64,000 bases of DNA, taken from Obrimoposthia wandeli (Eukaryota). A program made the position numbers and the translations under genes. Shown piece after piece: positions 25,915 through 37,947 of this stretch; position 1 is the first letter of the stretch; the number at the start of each line of letters is the position of its first letter. The stretch covers positions 310,001 to 374,000 of the forward strand of contig CDROCS010002078.1 in NCBI GenBank assembly GCA_977020255.1, written 5' to 3'. Under the pieces are notes generated by a model. The model ran no database searches, was not told the DNA's origin, and was given only the letters and a program-made list of their open reading frames with translations.

Positions 25915-26754
25915 AGGTGGTTCTAAAGGTGAAATTAATAAAAGTATGTTGAAATGTAACCAAAACAAATTTAGGTAATTGCTCATAGGTGTTTATAAAA
26001 TGGTGTGCACCTTTAGATAGTGAATAATGTACAATTTCTCCCCGTCTGTATAGATAAACCGCATTTTGAATTTCCAAACCTACATTATGAGCCATCAATA
26101 CTGATGGTTCAACTCTTAAACGTCTAACTTTTATTTTAGCATCTAAAGATTTATTCTAGAATGAGTTGTACCTGTTTTTAGTGACATGTTTGCATTAGAA
26201 ATAATCAATTTTATACCGACATTCATACCTGGAAGCAGATATTTAGATTGTTCAAGAAAATCCGGGTTCCACACTGAACAACTCAAATTCATTAGATTTT
26301 TCAATCCACACTAGATACCAACATCCTCATCACTATCATAACCATTTGCATCCAATGAAACACTTTTCGTATCTTTGCTATAATTAAGCATACATTCAAT
26401 CAAAGCCTTGTGAGCATAATTACCATTTCCTCCTTCAATACAAGTATTATTCAGGTGAATTTGCACATCTTTAAATAGTGTATGGAAAAATAAATTTGAT
26501 GGTACGAATTTATCTTCTTCCACCATTTCAATATAACTGTTTGTTCCATTATTTTTTAAAACTTTAATTTTCAAATATAATAGAGAATCATTCAAATATT
26601 ATGTTTCACTCGATTGGATATTAAACTCAAATGTATTAATATTACTACCGGTAATATTATTAATAGGGTAAATATTCTCAAAACATCCATTTTCTATAGC
26701 AATTTGAGTTAGTGTACGATCAAACAAACATGGTTCAGATTTTGCACAAGCCAT
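25915..26754 (-). pseudogene. Polinton major capsid protein (double jelly-roll), 5' part, segment B
   Basis: MACAKSEPCLFDRTLTQIAIENG...FEFNI...YLNDSLLYLKIK...FFHTLFKDVQIHLNN...LLNY-like MLNYSKDTK...YLLPGMNV...VRRLRVEPSVLMAH...QLPKFVLV. This follows the Polinton MCP pattern; truncated at the 3' end. Confidence 0.85.
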
Positions 26755-26809
26755 TTCTTACTCAAATATGGTTCCTATTTTTCTAAGTTTGTTTATACTA
26801 CCACCACCT

Positions 26810-27134
26810 TTTTGTACTTTTTTCATTTCAACATATGGTGATAGTCGTTTTCGACCTTTCTTTATTGCAGTCATTAGTTAAGTAGCAGCTTTTGTTGCTT
26901 CAGGCAATAACCCGGTGCTTCACTAATTGCATTTGATTTTAGTTGACTCAAAATTGGTTTATCGTTCATTATTACATTTGTAAGTCTTTCTGCACCAATT
27001 CGTCTTAAACGTGATAATATAGGAAACGCAATTTGTCCTAAAATTTTCATCCATTCTGAATGATATTTTTTTTCAACAAAGTAAGGTAATTCACCGCCCA
27101 TTTGGGTTGTACTATACACATCAAATAGACACAT
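26810..27134 (-). pseudogene. Putative Polinton core protein (PZ-like)
   Basis: TQMGGELPYFVEKKY...AFPILSRLRRIGAERL, located between the minor and major capsid genes. Confidence 0.45.
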
Positions 27135-27139
27135 TATTA

Positions 27140-27460
27140 ACGATTAACATAGTTTAATTTTGTTTATAAATAACTTTTCAGAAACTTATGAGCAATGTTA
27201 ATTGGTATCCCACTATCATTACTAATATTTACTTCAATGTTATAAATATATGTTGATATTATAGGAAGATACATTGGTCTAATGATTGAAATATTTCTTG
27301 TTTTTATCCAACCAAATTGGTTTTAACAATGGAATTTTTACACCAACAACACTTATAAACTCTATCAAATTAGTATACAGGTAAATGGGATCAAACTCAC
27401 ATATTAATTGAGGTATACCTTTACCGTCGCCTACCGACACGCAACTATAAGAAGCTGTGA
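27140..27460 (-). pseudogene. Polinton minor capsid (penton-like) 3' part
   Basis: PIYLYTNLIEFISVVGVKIPLLKPIW...PMYLPI...IEVK matches the Polinton minor-capsid C-terminal pattern 'yvYsdiie..iVGd...pLLr'. Confidence 0.6.
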
Positions 27461-27463
27461 TAC

Positions 27464-29769
27464 TGTTAGATTTAGGAATTGAAAAATTAAAAGAATTAGT
27501 TGAATTTATACTAAAATAAAAATCCTTGAAAGCAAGGTTGAAAATTAAATAAAATATTAATTTTAAAATCAAAATTAAAATTATTAAGTTTAAATAAGAT
27601 TAAAATATTGAGAGGACCACGAAGGTCGTGTGTAATGTGTTATATATATAGGTTGATTGGAAAATATTAAAGTGAAAAAATCAGTAAAAACAAACTAAGA
27701 AGAAAAAACCAAGAAATCCAGTGTCAAGTGTTTGACAGCCAGAAAATACATTAACCCAAAAGAAGATTAATTGGTGACGAGAACCCGGGAATTAATTAGA
27801 GCCACAAATTGATTGGCAGGAAAGGACTACGAGAAACAGCTGCTCGTGGATAAGCAACAACTGAACTACAGCATAGCCGTGAGTCACAGAATTATTAATT
27901 GAATAACTTATTCAATTGCAGGACTGCGGAAAAGGAGAAAAGCGTCGTGGAGCCAATTGATTGACAGCAATCAATCAACCAGAAAACAGACTATATAAGT
28001 CTAACTGATTTTAAAAGGGCAGAGAAAGCAACAGTAATAATACACTCCGCGCAACGAAGAGGAGATCAGCAAGAGACATTTGGGCAATTTTCGTTAAAAA
28101 GACAAAAGTAAATTTAATATAACTAGAAAAATTCATAATTAACTGCTCAGAACTCAATATCTCCCAGAAACAGAAGAGTGAATCGTTCGGAACGAAATCG
28201 ATCCCAGGAACCAGAGCAAGCTTATTCGACAGTGATCGAATCCGGAAGAGCAGAAGCATCAGACGTACATCAAACAGATAACCTCGGAATCGGAGTAGCT
28301 ATCCCCGTGAAAACACTGCCACCAGACATCAGCTGGACATCTCAAGGACGTGGATTATAATCGGCAGCGTTCTCAGCTATCGGTGAGAGTCGGAGTAATA
28401 TTAAACATAGTAAATTGTTACCAGTAATTTCAAGAAAGAATTTTGAGTAACTGTTTTTGTATTTTGTGGTAAACCTAGTAAATTGTTACCAGTAATTTCA
28501 AGAAAGAATTTTGAGTAACTGTTTTTGTATTTTGTGGTAAACATAGTAAATTGTTACCAGTAATTTCAAGAAAAAATTTTAAGTAACTGTTTTTGTATTT
28601 TGTGGTAAACATAGTAAATTGTTACCAGTAATTTCAAGAAAGAATTTTGAGTAACTGTTTTTGTATTTTGTGGTAAACATAGTAAATTGTTACCAGTAAT
28701 TTCAAGAAAGAATTTTGAGTAACTGTTTTTGTATTTTGTGGTAAACATAGTAAATTGTTACCAGTAATTTCAAGAAAGAATTTTGAGTAACTGTTTTTGT
28801 ATTTTGTGGTAAACATAGTAAATTGTTACCAGTAATTTCAAGAAAGAATTTTGAGTAATTGTTTTCGTATTTTGTGGTAAACCTAGTAAATTGTTACCAG
28901 TAATTTCAAGAAAGAATTTTGAGTAACTGTTTTTGTATTTTGTGGTAAACCTAGTAAATTGTTACCAGTAATTTCAAGAAAGAATTTTGAGTAACTGTTT
29001 TTGTATTTTGTGGTAAACATAGTAAATTGTTACCAGTAATTTCAAGAAAGAATTTTAAGTAACTGTTTTGTATTTTGTGGAGAACATAGTAAATTATTGC
29101 CAGTAATTTTGAGAAAGAATTTTAAGTAACTGTTTTGTATTTTGTGGAAAAAATATTGAATTCTTGACATTAATTTCGAAAAAGGACTTAAAGTAATTGT
29201 TCTAAATTTCGGTAAAATACATAAATTTAGAGCAATAGCTCTGTAAACTTATTCCCTATTTTAGAGCAATAGCTCTGTTCAACTACTTACAATCTTAGAG
29301 TATCAGCTCTGTAAAATACCCTAGACCACCCATCTAAACTCAATTCCAATTTTAGAGCAACAGCTCTGTAAAATCTATAAAAATTTAAATTGTCCGCAAG
29401 TTTAGAGTAAAGACTCTAGCGCCAAGCAACCCAAACTTAAAAAATCGATACGTGGTTCATCCCACTTGTGTAGAGACTTACAGAAGTCTTAGGAATTTTT
29501 ACGATACTTTTTAGAAAATACGTACGTAAACGTATTGTTGTGTTTAGTTTAGTGTGTACCAATAAACGATTTCCTACATTAGAAAACGTTGTTTGAAACC
29601 CTTCAGATTAAGAGACGTCAAACAAACACCTTCAGATAAGCAATAGAGATAGGCAACCATAACACTAAGTAGGCCACGACCAACTTTAAGACCTGCTTCT
29701 ATTCGAACTCACGTTGGGGCCCTCCGCACACAAGAGGATCTATACAAGTCTCGTATAGAAACCCCAACA
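27464..29769 (+). mobile_element. Solo LTR 2, inserted in Maverick segment B
   Basis: TGTTAGA...CCCCAACA ends with 4-bp TSD ATAC (27460-63 and 29770-73). Confidence 0.9.
28408..29150. repeat. 68-bp tandem array inside LTR 2
   Basis: Unit tagtaaattgttaccagtaatttcaagaaagaattttgagtaactgtttttgtattttgtggtaaaca, ~11 near-identical copies. Confidence 0.95.
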
Positions 29770-29822
29770 ATACTGAATTATGTTAAAAGTTAGAACGACT
29801 AAGTTAGAGCGAAATTAATAGA

Positions 29823-30112
29823 AGTATGAATGAAAATTAGTAAAATATTAATGTATTTGAATGTATTTGAATGATAGTTTGAATAAATGATAGTTAGATT
29901 GAATGTAAATTAATGCAAGTATGAATGAACGCAGCTACAAGTACAAGTAAGAAAGAATACGATTGCAAGTACGAATTTCAAGTACAAGTATGAATAAAAA
30001 TTAGTAAATATATTAATGAATTTGAATGCTAGTTTGAATAAATGAGAGTCAGAATAAATGTAAATGAATGCAAGTATGAATGAATGCAGCTACAAGTACA
30101 AGTAAGAAAGAA
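29823..30112. repeat. ~160-bp tandem duplication rich in tgaa/tacaag motifs
   Basis: Two diverged copies, each ending gcagctacaagtacaagtaagaaagaat. The repeat truncates integrase B. Confidence 0.7.
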
Positions 30113-30394
30113 TCTGGTAAATACATCAATACATGTTAATATATATTTGTAACCGCATTTTATACGCTCATAATGTATCATATCCATCAAATTCATTTGC
30201 CATAAATTATTAGGCCCACTAGTTTTGTACGATCGTGTCGGTAACCTTTTTCGCATCAGTTTGTTGAGACTGTACGCCAGTTGATTGCTCAGCCATGCTT
30301 GAGTTTTCTTTTGACTCGACTTTGTGTTTGATGATAGAGCTCCAACGCCGCTGTACCCAACTCGGTCTTCGGGATCGTACCATCTCGTTTTCAT
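30113..30394 (-). pseudogene. Polinton integrase 5' fragment, copy B
   Basis: MKTRWYDPEDRVGYSGV...PTRSYKTSGPNNLWQMNLMDM...YILTCIDVFTR. About 90% identical by eye to copy A. Confidence 0.9.
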
Positions 30395-30449
30395 TACTAC
30401 AATTTAATTTTAAATCAAAATTAGGAAGGTTGTTGCCCATAAACTTTAG

Positions 30450-30620
30450 GTAACAGCTCTAGCAAGTAGGGACTGATTAAAGTTGCAACTATCGGTAAAG
30501 GTGCACCAATAAATCCTCCATTTTTGCGCAATACTATTGTCCTTCGACCAGAACCACATTTTATATTAACATTATCAAGTAATACTTTCTTGTGTTTTGT
30601 AACTTTCGACTTATGTTTAC
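30450..30620 (-). pseudogene. Protein X-like small ORF, copy B
   Basis: KKVLLDNVNIKCGSGRRTIVLRKNGGFIGAPLPIVATLI. Confidence 0.55.
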
Positions 30621-31171
30621 CGATATGGACCTTTATAAGCCCTATAGTATTGGTACTGGCTCAAATGAACAGAGCCCCCTCCCGGAGGACTTTGTTCCGT
30701 TGAGTTACTACCGACAATATATACTATAAACTACAGAAAAACGAACTATTATAAATTAAAATCACAAAGAAATATAATATATATATTATAAAAAAACAAA
30801 TAAATAGATTGTAGACAAAAAGGGATTTATATAAATATATTATAATGTTCAATAAATATCATCAATACTCCACTCTAATCTAGGAGGAGGTCCATCGAAT
30901 ATTGATTCATTCTTCAGCTTGAAAGTGGCATTTGATTCTTTGATTATGAATTTTTTTCTTGAAGCTCATATTTGATTCCGAATTGATTGAAGATAATATT
31001 GATTCTCTCTTTATCCACTCAAGTCAAATTTAAAGTCATGATAGAATCAAAGCCTTTTTAGTAAATATGTTTAAAACATTTTGTAAAAAATATGATTCTA
31101 TATATGAGTTTATAAGGATTTAAGTTATTTTAAATAAAACCTGAACCAAGACATGCTATAAATTATCTTGA

Positions 31172-31354
31172 ATGCCTCTTACCAAATCCCGAATGTATTG
31201 TTTGCATGACGGATATGATTTCTATAGATGTTTACCATGTGGGCACTTTAATACATGTATAAAATGTTCAGATCGATTTATTTCATGCCCATATTGCAAG
31301 ACAATTATCATTAGTAGAGTAAGAAATATCAGATTTCACGGGATAAACAATTGA
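31172..31354 (+). pseudogene. IAP-type RING finger, Maverick segment C
   Basis: CLPCGHFNTCIKCSDRFISCPYCKTII. Confidence 0.75.
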
Positions 31355-31444
31355 CCAAAGAGATCACATGCGATCTAAAAATAGATTTTCAAATACTATA
31401 TAAGAATCAGTTTATAATAATAATCAGAAATGTTACTTTACAAT

Positions 31445-31958
31445 ATGAAATTGGTGAATATTAATTATAGGGGAATGGTTGTAAGTAACATTCAACACTT
31501 ATTATTTCGGACTTCGATGCCTCACCAGTACCGACTCAAGTGTGAAGATTATTATAGTATAATTTTCAAATCTGATAATTTATTTTACATTTAGGTTTTA
31601 ATATAATTAAGTAACACGCTGAATAATGGGCTGTAAAACAGTGATAGGTGAAAGCACTCTTCCTTTCGATATTAAAATTGAAAGAATCCAATCAATTAGC
31701 GTCAGTACTAATTTGGAAAAACCGATAAACCTTATCAAGATGAGCAATAGTATGATATGGGATGCTGTTTACGAGCCAGAACGTTTCCCGGGACTTCGAT
31801 ATGTCAAATACAATCCACTATGCGTGAACATTTTTGTGAACGAGAAGATTATGATACTTGCTGTTAAGTCCCTAGATTTTGAATATATAATTGAATGTAT
31901 TTTGTTTAATATACATCTTCACATTTGCGTTATTCATTTCCTATATTTTATTTCCTAA
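31445..31958 (+). pseudogene. TBP-like gene, copy C
   Basis: MKLVNINYRG...PHQYRLKCEDYYSIIFKS-...IMGCK...IQSISVSTNLEKPINL...AVYEPERFPGLRYVKYNPLCVNIFVNEKIMILAVKS. Both TBP repeats are recognisable. Confidence 0.8.
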
Positions 31959-32647
31959 ACAAAAACATCACGTCCAAAATGTTGCAATGTTACTAAAAAT
32001 AGATTTATCTTTGTTTTCTGAGTTATAAACAATATTTTATTTGCTTTATATATATCGCAAAATGGATGAAATTATTAATTGCAAAGGGTTGCATCATTTA
32101 TTATCGGTGCAATAATTAGGAAAAATCATGATAAGTAATGTTTATAAGTACTTTATTTAATTCATTATTTAGGTTACATCATCAACTAAATTTACATAAT
32201 GTGTTAAGGAAAATGGAAAAGTTTAAAAAGACTCCAATCAAATCATGTGAAGAGAACTAGGATGAAACTGATACTCCAATGAAATCAAACCTCGATTTAA
32301 TATATAATAGTAAAACTTTCAACTCTGAATTGAAAAATAGAGAAAATTAATGACACACCAGAAACAATATCAGCAGCAACACCACCGACATCAACAAAAA
32401 CAACAACGCTAGCAGCGATGAGAAGAGAAGAAACTATTGATGAAGTGAAGATAGAAGAAGTTATTATAGAGAAGACAATTATTGAAGAAGATAAAAAAGG
32501 ATTAGATTTTTAAAATACTTTAGCTTCCTGGAACCCGTAATAGCTCATGTTTCCAGTATGGAGATGAACCACATGACCCATCTTTTTGATAGTTTGTTTA
32601 GTGCTAGATTTAGTCAACTTAAAATATAAAAATTAAACAAAACAAAA

Positions 32648-33091
32648 ATGAGTGAGATTTTAGTAAATAAATTATATATTGATAATTATCGAGATGGTTT
32701 TGATGAAACTAATCTTCTGAAATCCAAGTTCACTCATGTAATCAATACATCTCTATAGTGGATAATATATCTTATAAAAAAATAAAAGTATAGTTCTGTA
32801 TTTGTAAACTCAAAATTAGGAGAAACAATAATGACATATTATAAACAGGCTAATAATATAATTAAAGAAACGATTAAAAATGGTGATAAGATTTTAGTAT
32901 GTAGTCATTATAGTAGTTTACATGCTGCTTGCATTGATATTGCATTTTTATGTTCTTCAGTGGGTGTTACTGCTGCTTCTAATCTTGTTAAAGCTAAACG
33001 GACTAAGGCTGCTCCTAGTGAAGCTATGCTTAATCAAATACGTATTTTAGTCATTATCATATGTAATTTTATTCGTCAATGTCTTTGTTAG
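32648..33091 (+). pseudogene. Dual-specificity-phosphatase-like gene in segment C
   Basis: MSEILVNKLYIDNYRDGFDETNLLKSKFTHVIN, then YKQANNIIKETIKNGDKILVCSH...AFL...NLVKAKRTKAAPSEAMLNQI. DSP-fold pattern without HCxxGxxR. Confidence 0.65.
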
Positions 33092-33506
33092 TATCTTTAT
33101 AAGGCAGTGTCTTTATTATCCAATCAGATTTTAGCTGTTTAGTATATAAGCAAATTACCTTTTACTCCTTCTTCATTATTATGTCTACTCCGAATTATTT
33201 CAAACAAGATGTTGACAAAGCAGTGAAGAGTTTCATCTCGAGAAATGTTATAGAAGAAGATGTCCTGAAACTCATTGATGCAACATATCTACCCCTGGAG
33301 AGCATGTAAGAAAAATTATTCACAACAAGGCAGTCGATCTTCTCATTCTATCATACAATCAGAAGAAATAATTTGCAAAAAAAGAAGAGAAAGGAGCTTT
33401 TTCTAGGAGAATAGTTTTTTATTGTTTGTTAGTGGATGTATTATAATAAAATATTTTAAATAGCTTTGTCTTATAAACATTATCCCGATAATCTAATATT
33501 TTTAAT

Positions 33507-34120
33507 ATGAACTTAAAAATTAAATCAGTTTTTCAGATTGTAGGTCCTAATGGTAGTGGGAAAACTCATTTTGTATGTAAGTTACTGCAAAATAATAAAT
33601 ACTTTAGTTTTAAGTTTAATAAGATATTTCGGTATCAGGGAGAAGATGGAGAAGCAGGTTTAACCAGTAAAGAGTTTAAGAAAATAAAATATAAAAGTCT
33701 TTAATGGATAATTGATCTGAGCGATTCCAACGTCATGATGTTATTGCTACTGATGATTTGTATCAAGAAGCAAATAAAGAGAGTGATTTAAATAATTTAT
33801 TCACTAAAATAGACATCATGAAGTGACTGTTATTTTATTCATGCAAAATATATTTCATCAAGGTTGGAATCATAGAACTCGTAATTTGAATGTACATTAC
33901 CTTGATCTCTTCAGGAATCGGCGTGGTCAGACTGTTGTAGATTTTGTTTCAAGGCAAGCTTACCCAGATACTATAGATTTTCTAATTGATTCATTTCAAG
34001 ATGCAACTAGTGCCCCTCACGGGTACATTTTGATTTTAGACCAGATTGTCCTGATGACTTAAGAGTTAGAACCGATTCATTCAATCCATCAGCAATTACC
34101 GTCTATAAACAATCAATGCA
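33507..34120 (+). pseudogene. Polinton packaging ATPase, copy C
   Basis: GPNGSGKTHF, DDLY, QNIFHQG...RTRNLNVHYLDLFRN. Frameshifted. Confidence 0.9.
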
Positions 34121-34419
34121 ACCAGGTTCTCGAAGAAGTATTTTAAAAAGGAAATTATTAAACCCGAAGTTAAGAAATTGATGAAATCAGTTTTAAGTGC
34201 AAGGAAAATGTTTGTTTGAAAATCAAATAAGAAAATAATGGTTGCTCAGAAATCAAATAAGAAAGAATAAGAAAGAATAAGAAATCTAGGAGTATTGTCT
34301 TTTCAATTCTCTTATGCGTGCATATGCTATTCGTCGCCTAACTATTCTTAAATCATTTCATATTTTTGTAATAGAAGGTACTAGAGATGAATTTAGTTAT
34401 CACAAGGATAACGACAATT

Positions 34420-34689
34420 AATCATTTTACAGGGTAGCTCATATGTGCCAACTTGCCCAGCCTTAGAGTCATCCCCCGGATTTATTAAGTACAAAACACT
34501 GTACTTTGTTTCATATATAGTATTTTGGATATTTTGAAAACAAATCTGATCGAGAGTAATAGGCATTGGGACACCCATTACGATTTCTTCCTATCCACCC
34601 TCAACTATAAGGGTTCAGATCTCCGTATGAGATTATCCAATATCCCCCGGTTCGAGCGAGAGAATTATGGTATCAACAACATGCGTTAA
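34420..34689 (+). pseudogene. Probable N-terminal fragment of a Polinton protein-primed PolB
   Basis: LQGSSYVP...FIK and TLNYKGSDLRMRLSNIPRFERENYGIN resemble the 'GSsyi.lP' and 'Ln..gi.fP..l..I.kFE..N.i.IN' blocks of Polinton PolB N-termini. No catalytic motifs present. Confidence 0.45.
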
Positions 34690-34799
34690 AGGTGAAGCAG
34701 TCACTGACAACGGCACAAGTAGCCAGTTACAATGTAGCAACTTCTTTTTACCTATGAATGATATTATTGTTAGCATATTTAATAGTATTCATTATTGTA

Positions 34800-35600
34800 T
34801 TACTCTTTTGATCAATTTTACTGATATAAAATATTTCATCGCTTCAATTCTTATAAAAAAAATAAATGGAGTAGAGCTAATGGAAGAAATTTGAAAATAT
34901 TCGAATTTTTATATTTAGCCTTTTAACATTTTCTTTTTATTCCTGTATATTCAAATATCCATAGAGTTTTAATCAGTAACATCTACCGGTCTCATTCCCT
35001 TGAGACTTCTATATTCAGAGTGATTATATGCATGTATTATTTTAAGCAAAACTTGGATCCTCTTTTTATTTCCTCCTTTCTTAAAATACTGTTATGTCGA
35101 TCTCTTAAAGTACGAATAAATCTTTCTACTACTGCTGGTTTGTACTGCGAAATTATCAAGTAGTGATTTATATTATTTAGTTTAAATAATGATTGAATTT
35201 GCTAATTATAAAATTATTTGCGTAAATCCGTTTGCACATTTTGCGGAATGTCATCTTTTAATATTTATTTAATGGCTTCAAGCATAGACTTTGCTTTAAC
35301 TGGAACTCCACGAGAAAACGTGCTAAATACATGAATATATGTTAAAATATATCTGTATCCCTTATTAGTGGAAGAATATGGAATCATCTCCATCAAATCC
35401 ATTTGCCATAAATTATTAGGACCACTGGTTGTGTAAGCTCTAGTTGGAAACCTTCTTCTCATCGGCTTGTTCAGACTGTAGGCTAACTGATAGGTTAGCC
35501 ATTTCTGCGTTTTCTTGTAATTTTGGTTTGTTCTTTTTGGTAATTTTGAAACTCCTGTGTAGCCAATTGGATCTTTTGGATTGAACCATATCTTCTCCAT
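34800..35600 (-). pseudogene. Polinton integrase, copy D
   Basis: MEKIWFNPKDPIGYTGV...RRFPTRAYTTSGPNNLWQMDLMEM...ERFIRTLRDR...YNHS...GMRPVDV. An internal deletion removes part of the core. Confidence 0.9.
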
Positions 35601-35687
35601 TACAACAATTTGAATATATAGAAAATTTAAATTTAGGTAAAGAAGGGTTAGCACCCATATCTTTAAAATGATTTTTGAAATAATTGT

Positions 35688-35880
35688 TTATCTACGTGTC
35701 GCTGCTATAATACTACTGATAATTGAAGCAACAACTGGAATAACAGCACCTATGAAACCACCATTATGTTTAAGAATAATATTTCGTTTCTTTTTATTTA
35801 TTTTTTACATTAGCAATACTATAAGAGTTTTTCTATATTTCTTTAATACATATTTCCGTTTTCCAATTTTTACTCCACCA
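35688..35880 (-). pseudogene. Protein X-like small ORF, copy D
   Basis: KKKRNIILKHNGGFIGAVIPVVASIISSIIAATRR*. Confidence 0.6.
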
Positions 35881-35939
35881 AAACTATATTATACAAAACG
35901 TCTACAAAACCTTATAGAAAAGATAACAAAATTTTAAAA

Positions 35940-36370
35940 AATATATTTTTCTAAAATCGATTCAACAGTGTCTGGATAATCAAAATTTCTCAATCGCAAT
36001 ATCATATTTTTACCACTGGACAATATATTTAAACACAGCGGTAAACTTCAAATATCTGAGAGCAGGAAACTTTTCCGTTTCAAACATGCCTTCTTCTTTC
36101 ATTTTCTCTGCAATTTTATAAAGATTTATTGATTTCCCGAGATTAGGTGAAACTTTGACTGATTGTATGGCGCTGATTTAAATTCTTAATGGTAAATTGA
36201 TCTCATTCAATGGTGTTTTGCATCCCATAACACGACAACTTCCTAAAAGAATTCAATATGAAAATAAAATTAAAACTATCCTGAGGGAAAAATAACAACT
36301 GTGAAATCATCAAACTTTTTCAAATATTGTCTTGGCTTCTTCTTTTATAATTGATATTTGCGAGTTTCAT
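35940..36370 (-). pseudogene. TBP-like gene, copy D
   Basis: MKLANINY...KPRQYLKKFDDFTVVIFPSG/SCRVMGCK...IQSVKVSPNLGKSINLYKIA...MFETEKFPALRYLKF...NILSSGKNMIL. Confidence 0.8.
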
Positions 36371-37847
36371 GAGACAAAAAGTTTTTTTGTAAATTCTTCT
36401 CTACATATATCTGAACTTACCATTTTATTGCACATACATTGTAAATATCTTGCAAACCTATTATAATTAGATTATATATTTCTTCTAATCAATTTCGATT
36501 TTTAATATGGATTTAGTCCAATCAAATTAAGTGCTTTCGTTATATTAACCAATGAATTTCGTGTATTTGTTACAAATAAAAGAATGCAACATTGGAGAAA
36601 AAATCATAATAAATGCATTCGTATCAAAGACAATTATCAGTGATGAAAGATAGCGAACGGATATTAAGCGATGATGAAGATTTAGAAATGTTTGAAGATT
36701 CGGATAAGAATATGTATAAAGAAGTGAAACACTATTTCAAATACAAAGTCAGATTCTTGAATAAGACTTAACTGATTGTTTTAGTAAATCCTGAAAAACG
36801 AAAGTTCAGTTATTATCTATCAAATATTCAAAAAACAGATTTTAAATATCTTAAACAGAAAGTTGAAAAGGCAGTTCCAAATTTTACATTCAACAGGAAC
36901 GAATTTTATATCCGAGGAGCTGATACAGCATTTTTAGATGACTATGGAAGAAAAATAGATGTTGATGCGTTTCCGAAAAAGAAGAAATGAACTGTAAAAA
37001 TTCGGCTTTATGGTTACAAGAAAGATAAATTTGGAAGAAAGCTACCAATTAGGAAAACTGAACTTGCTCATATCCCTATGTTTTAACTATTTATTTTTCT
37101 TTCATTTTGCATGTAATAAATTTTAATCCGTTTTATTTATTTTCATAATATTTAATCTTGTACGTATTTTTTATAAAAATTATTTTTAATCAGTTTCTTT
37201 ATTTTAGAATGGATCCTTTATTGAGAAATATAGGAAATTTTTATTATCCCGAAATAATTTCAAAAGAAAAACTATGTAATATATTAAAGAGTATTCAAAT
37301 TATACGAGTTATGAATCCTGTGAAAATATCAAAAGTGGAGAATAAATATCTCATCAAAATTTTAACAACTTCTGATATTGATCAATAGAAAGATATTTTG
37401 GGATTTTACATACATTATTACGTATACGAAGGAAATTCTTTCCAGCTTGAAACTGATCCCAGTCTGGCTTTCAGAGAATATCTAGGTTATTTGATTGCTC
37501 CAATTTTAGATGATGAACTATGAAATATTTCAATAAATCTCAATAGATTTTTTGCTGATGACGGGAAAATACAGCCTCTTTAGACTTTGAGTGAAGCTTA
37601 TATGGAGCTTATATTTGATATTTGATAAATGTATTAAAATGCATTTTTGTCTTGTTTTTCAAATAAAAAACATATAAGTCCTACCTACATATTTTTGTCC
37701 TCCTAAAAGGTATAAAAATGTAGTCATTTATTAATACAAAATTATTATCTGAAATCTCGTCTACGATAAGTCAATGGTGTCAATATGGATTCCTGTAGTT
37801 TTCTTTAATCATTTTTGAGATCGTATGTAAAATTCATGCACATATGC

Positions 37848-37947
37848 ATGAAATTTCACTCCACGTAACACACACAAAAATTGGGATACTTCACCACAGG
37901 GTGGGGTAGATTAGACTGGACATGCACAAAATTATACTCCGCCTACT
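37848..37947 (-). repeat. Family-1 Maverick TIR closing segment D
   Basis: aaatttcactccac...ggggtagattagactggaca...cctact is a diverged reverse complement of the TIR at 1106 and 7299. Confidence 0.75.

Noticed and set aside
28408-29150. Regular arrays (also 59172-59600 and 60990-61460) resembling CRISPR
   Set aside because: The units are head-to-tail with no unique spacers, lie inside eukaryotic LTR elements, and have no cas genes nearby. ORFs called within them are artefacts.
31445-31958. Host TBP/TRF gene
   Set aside because: There are four decayed, highly divergent copies, always next to Polinton genes, and one lies inside TIRs. A host TBP would be intact and strongly conserved.
35668-35937. 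Plus-strand 89-aa hydrophobic ORF
   Set aside because: It is antisense to the protein X-like gene, whose minus-strand reading is conserved in three copies.
7299-37947. One 30-kb Maverick bounded by the TIRs at 7299 and 37947
   Set aside because: The flanks (ctgagg versus tatttg) give no TSD, the TIRs are diverged, the interior holds a host gene, and the segments belong to different subfamilies.
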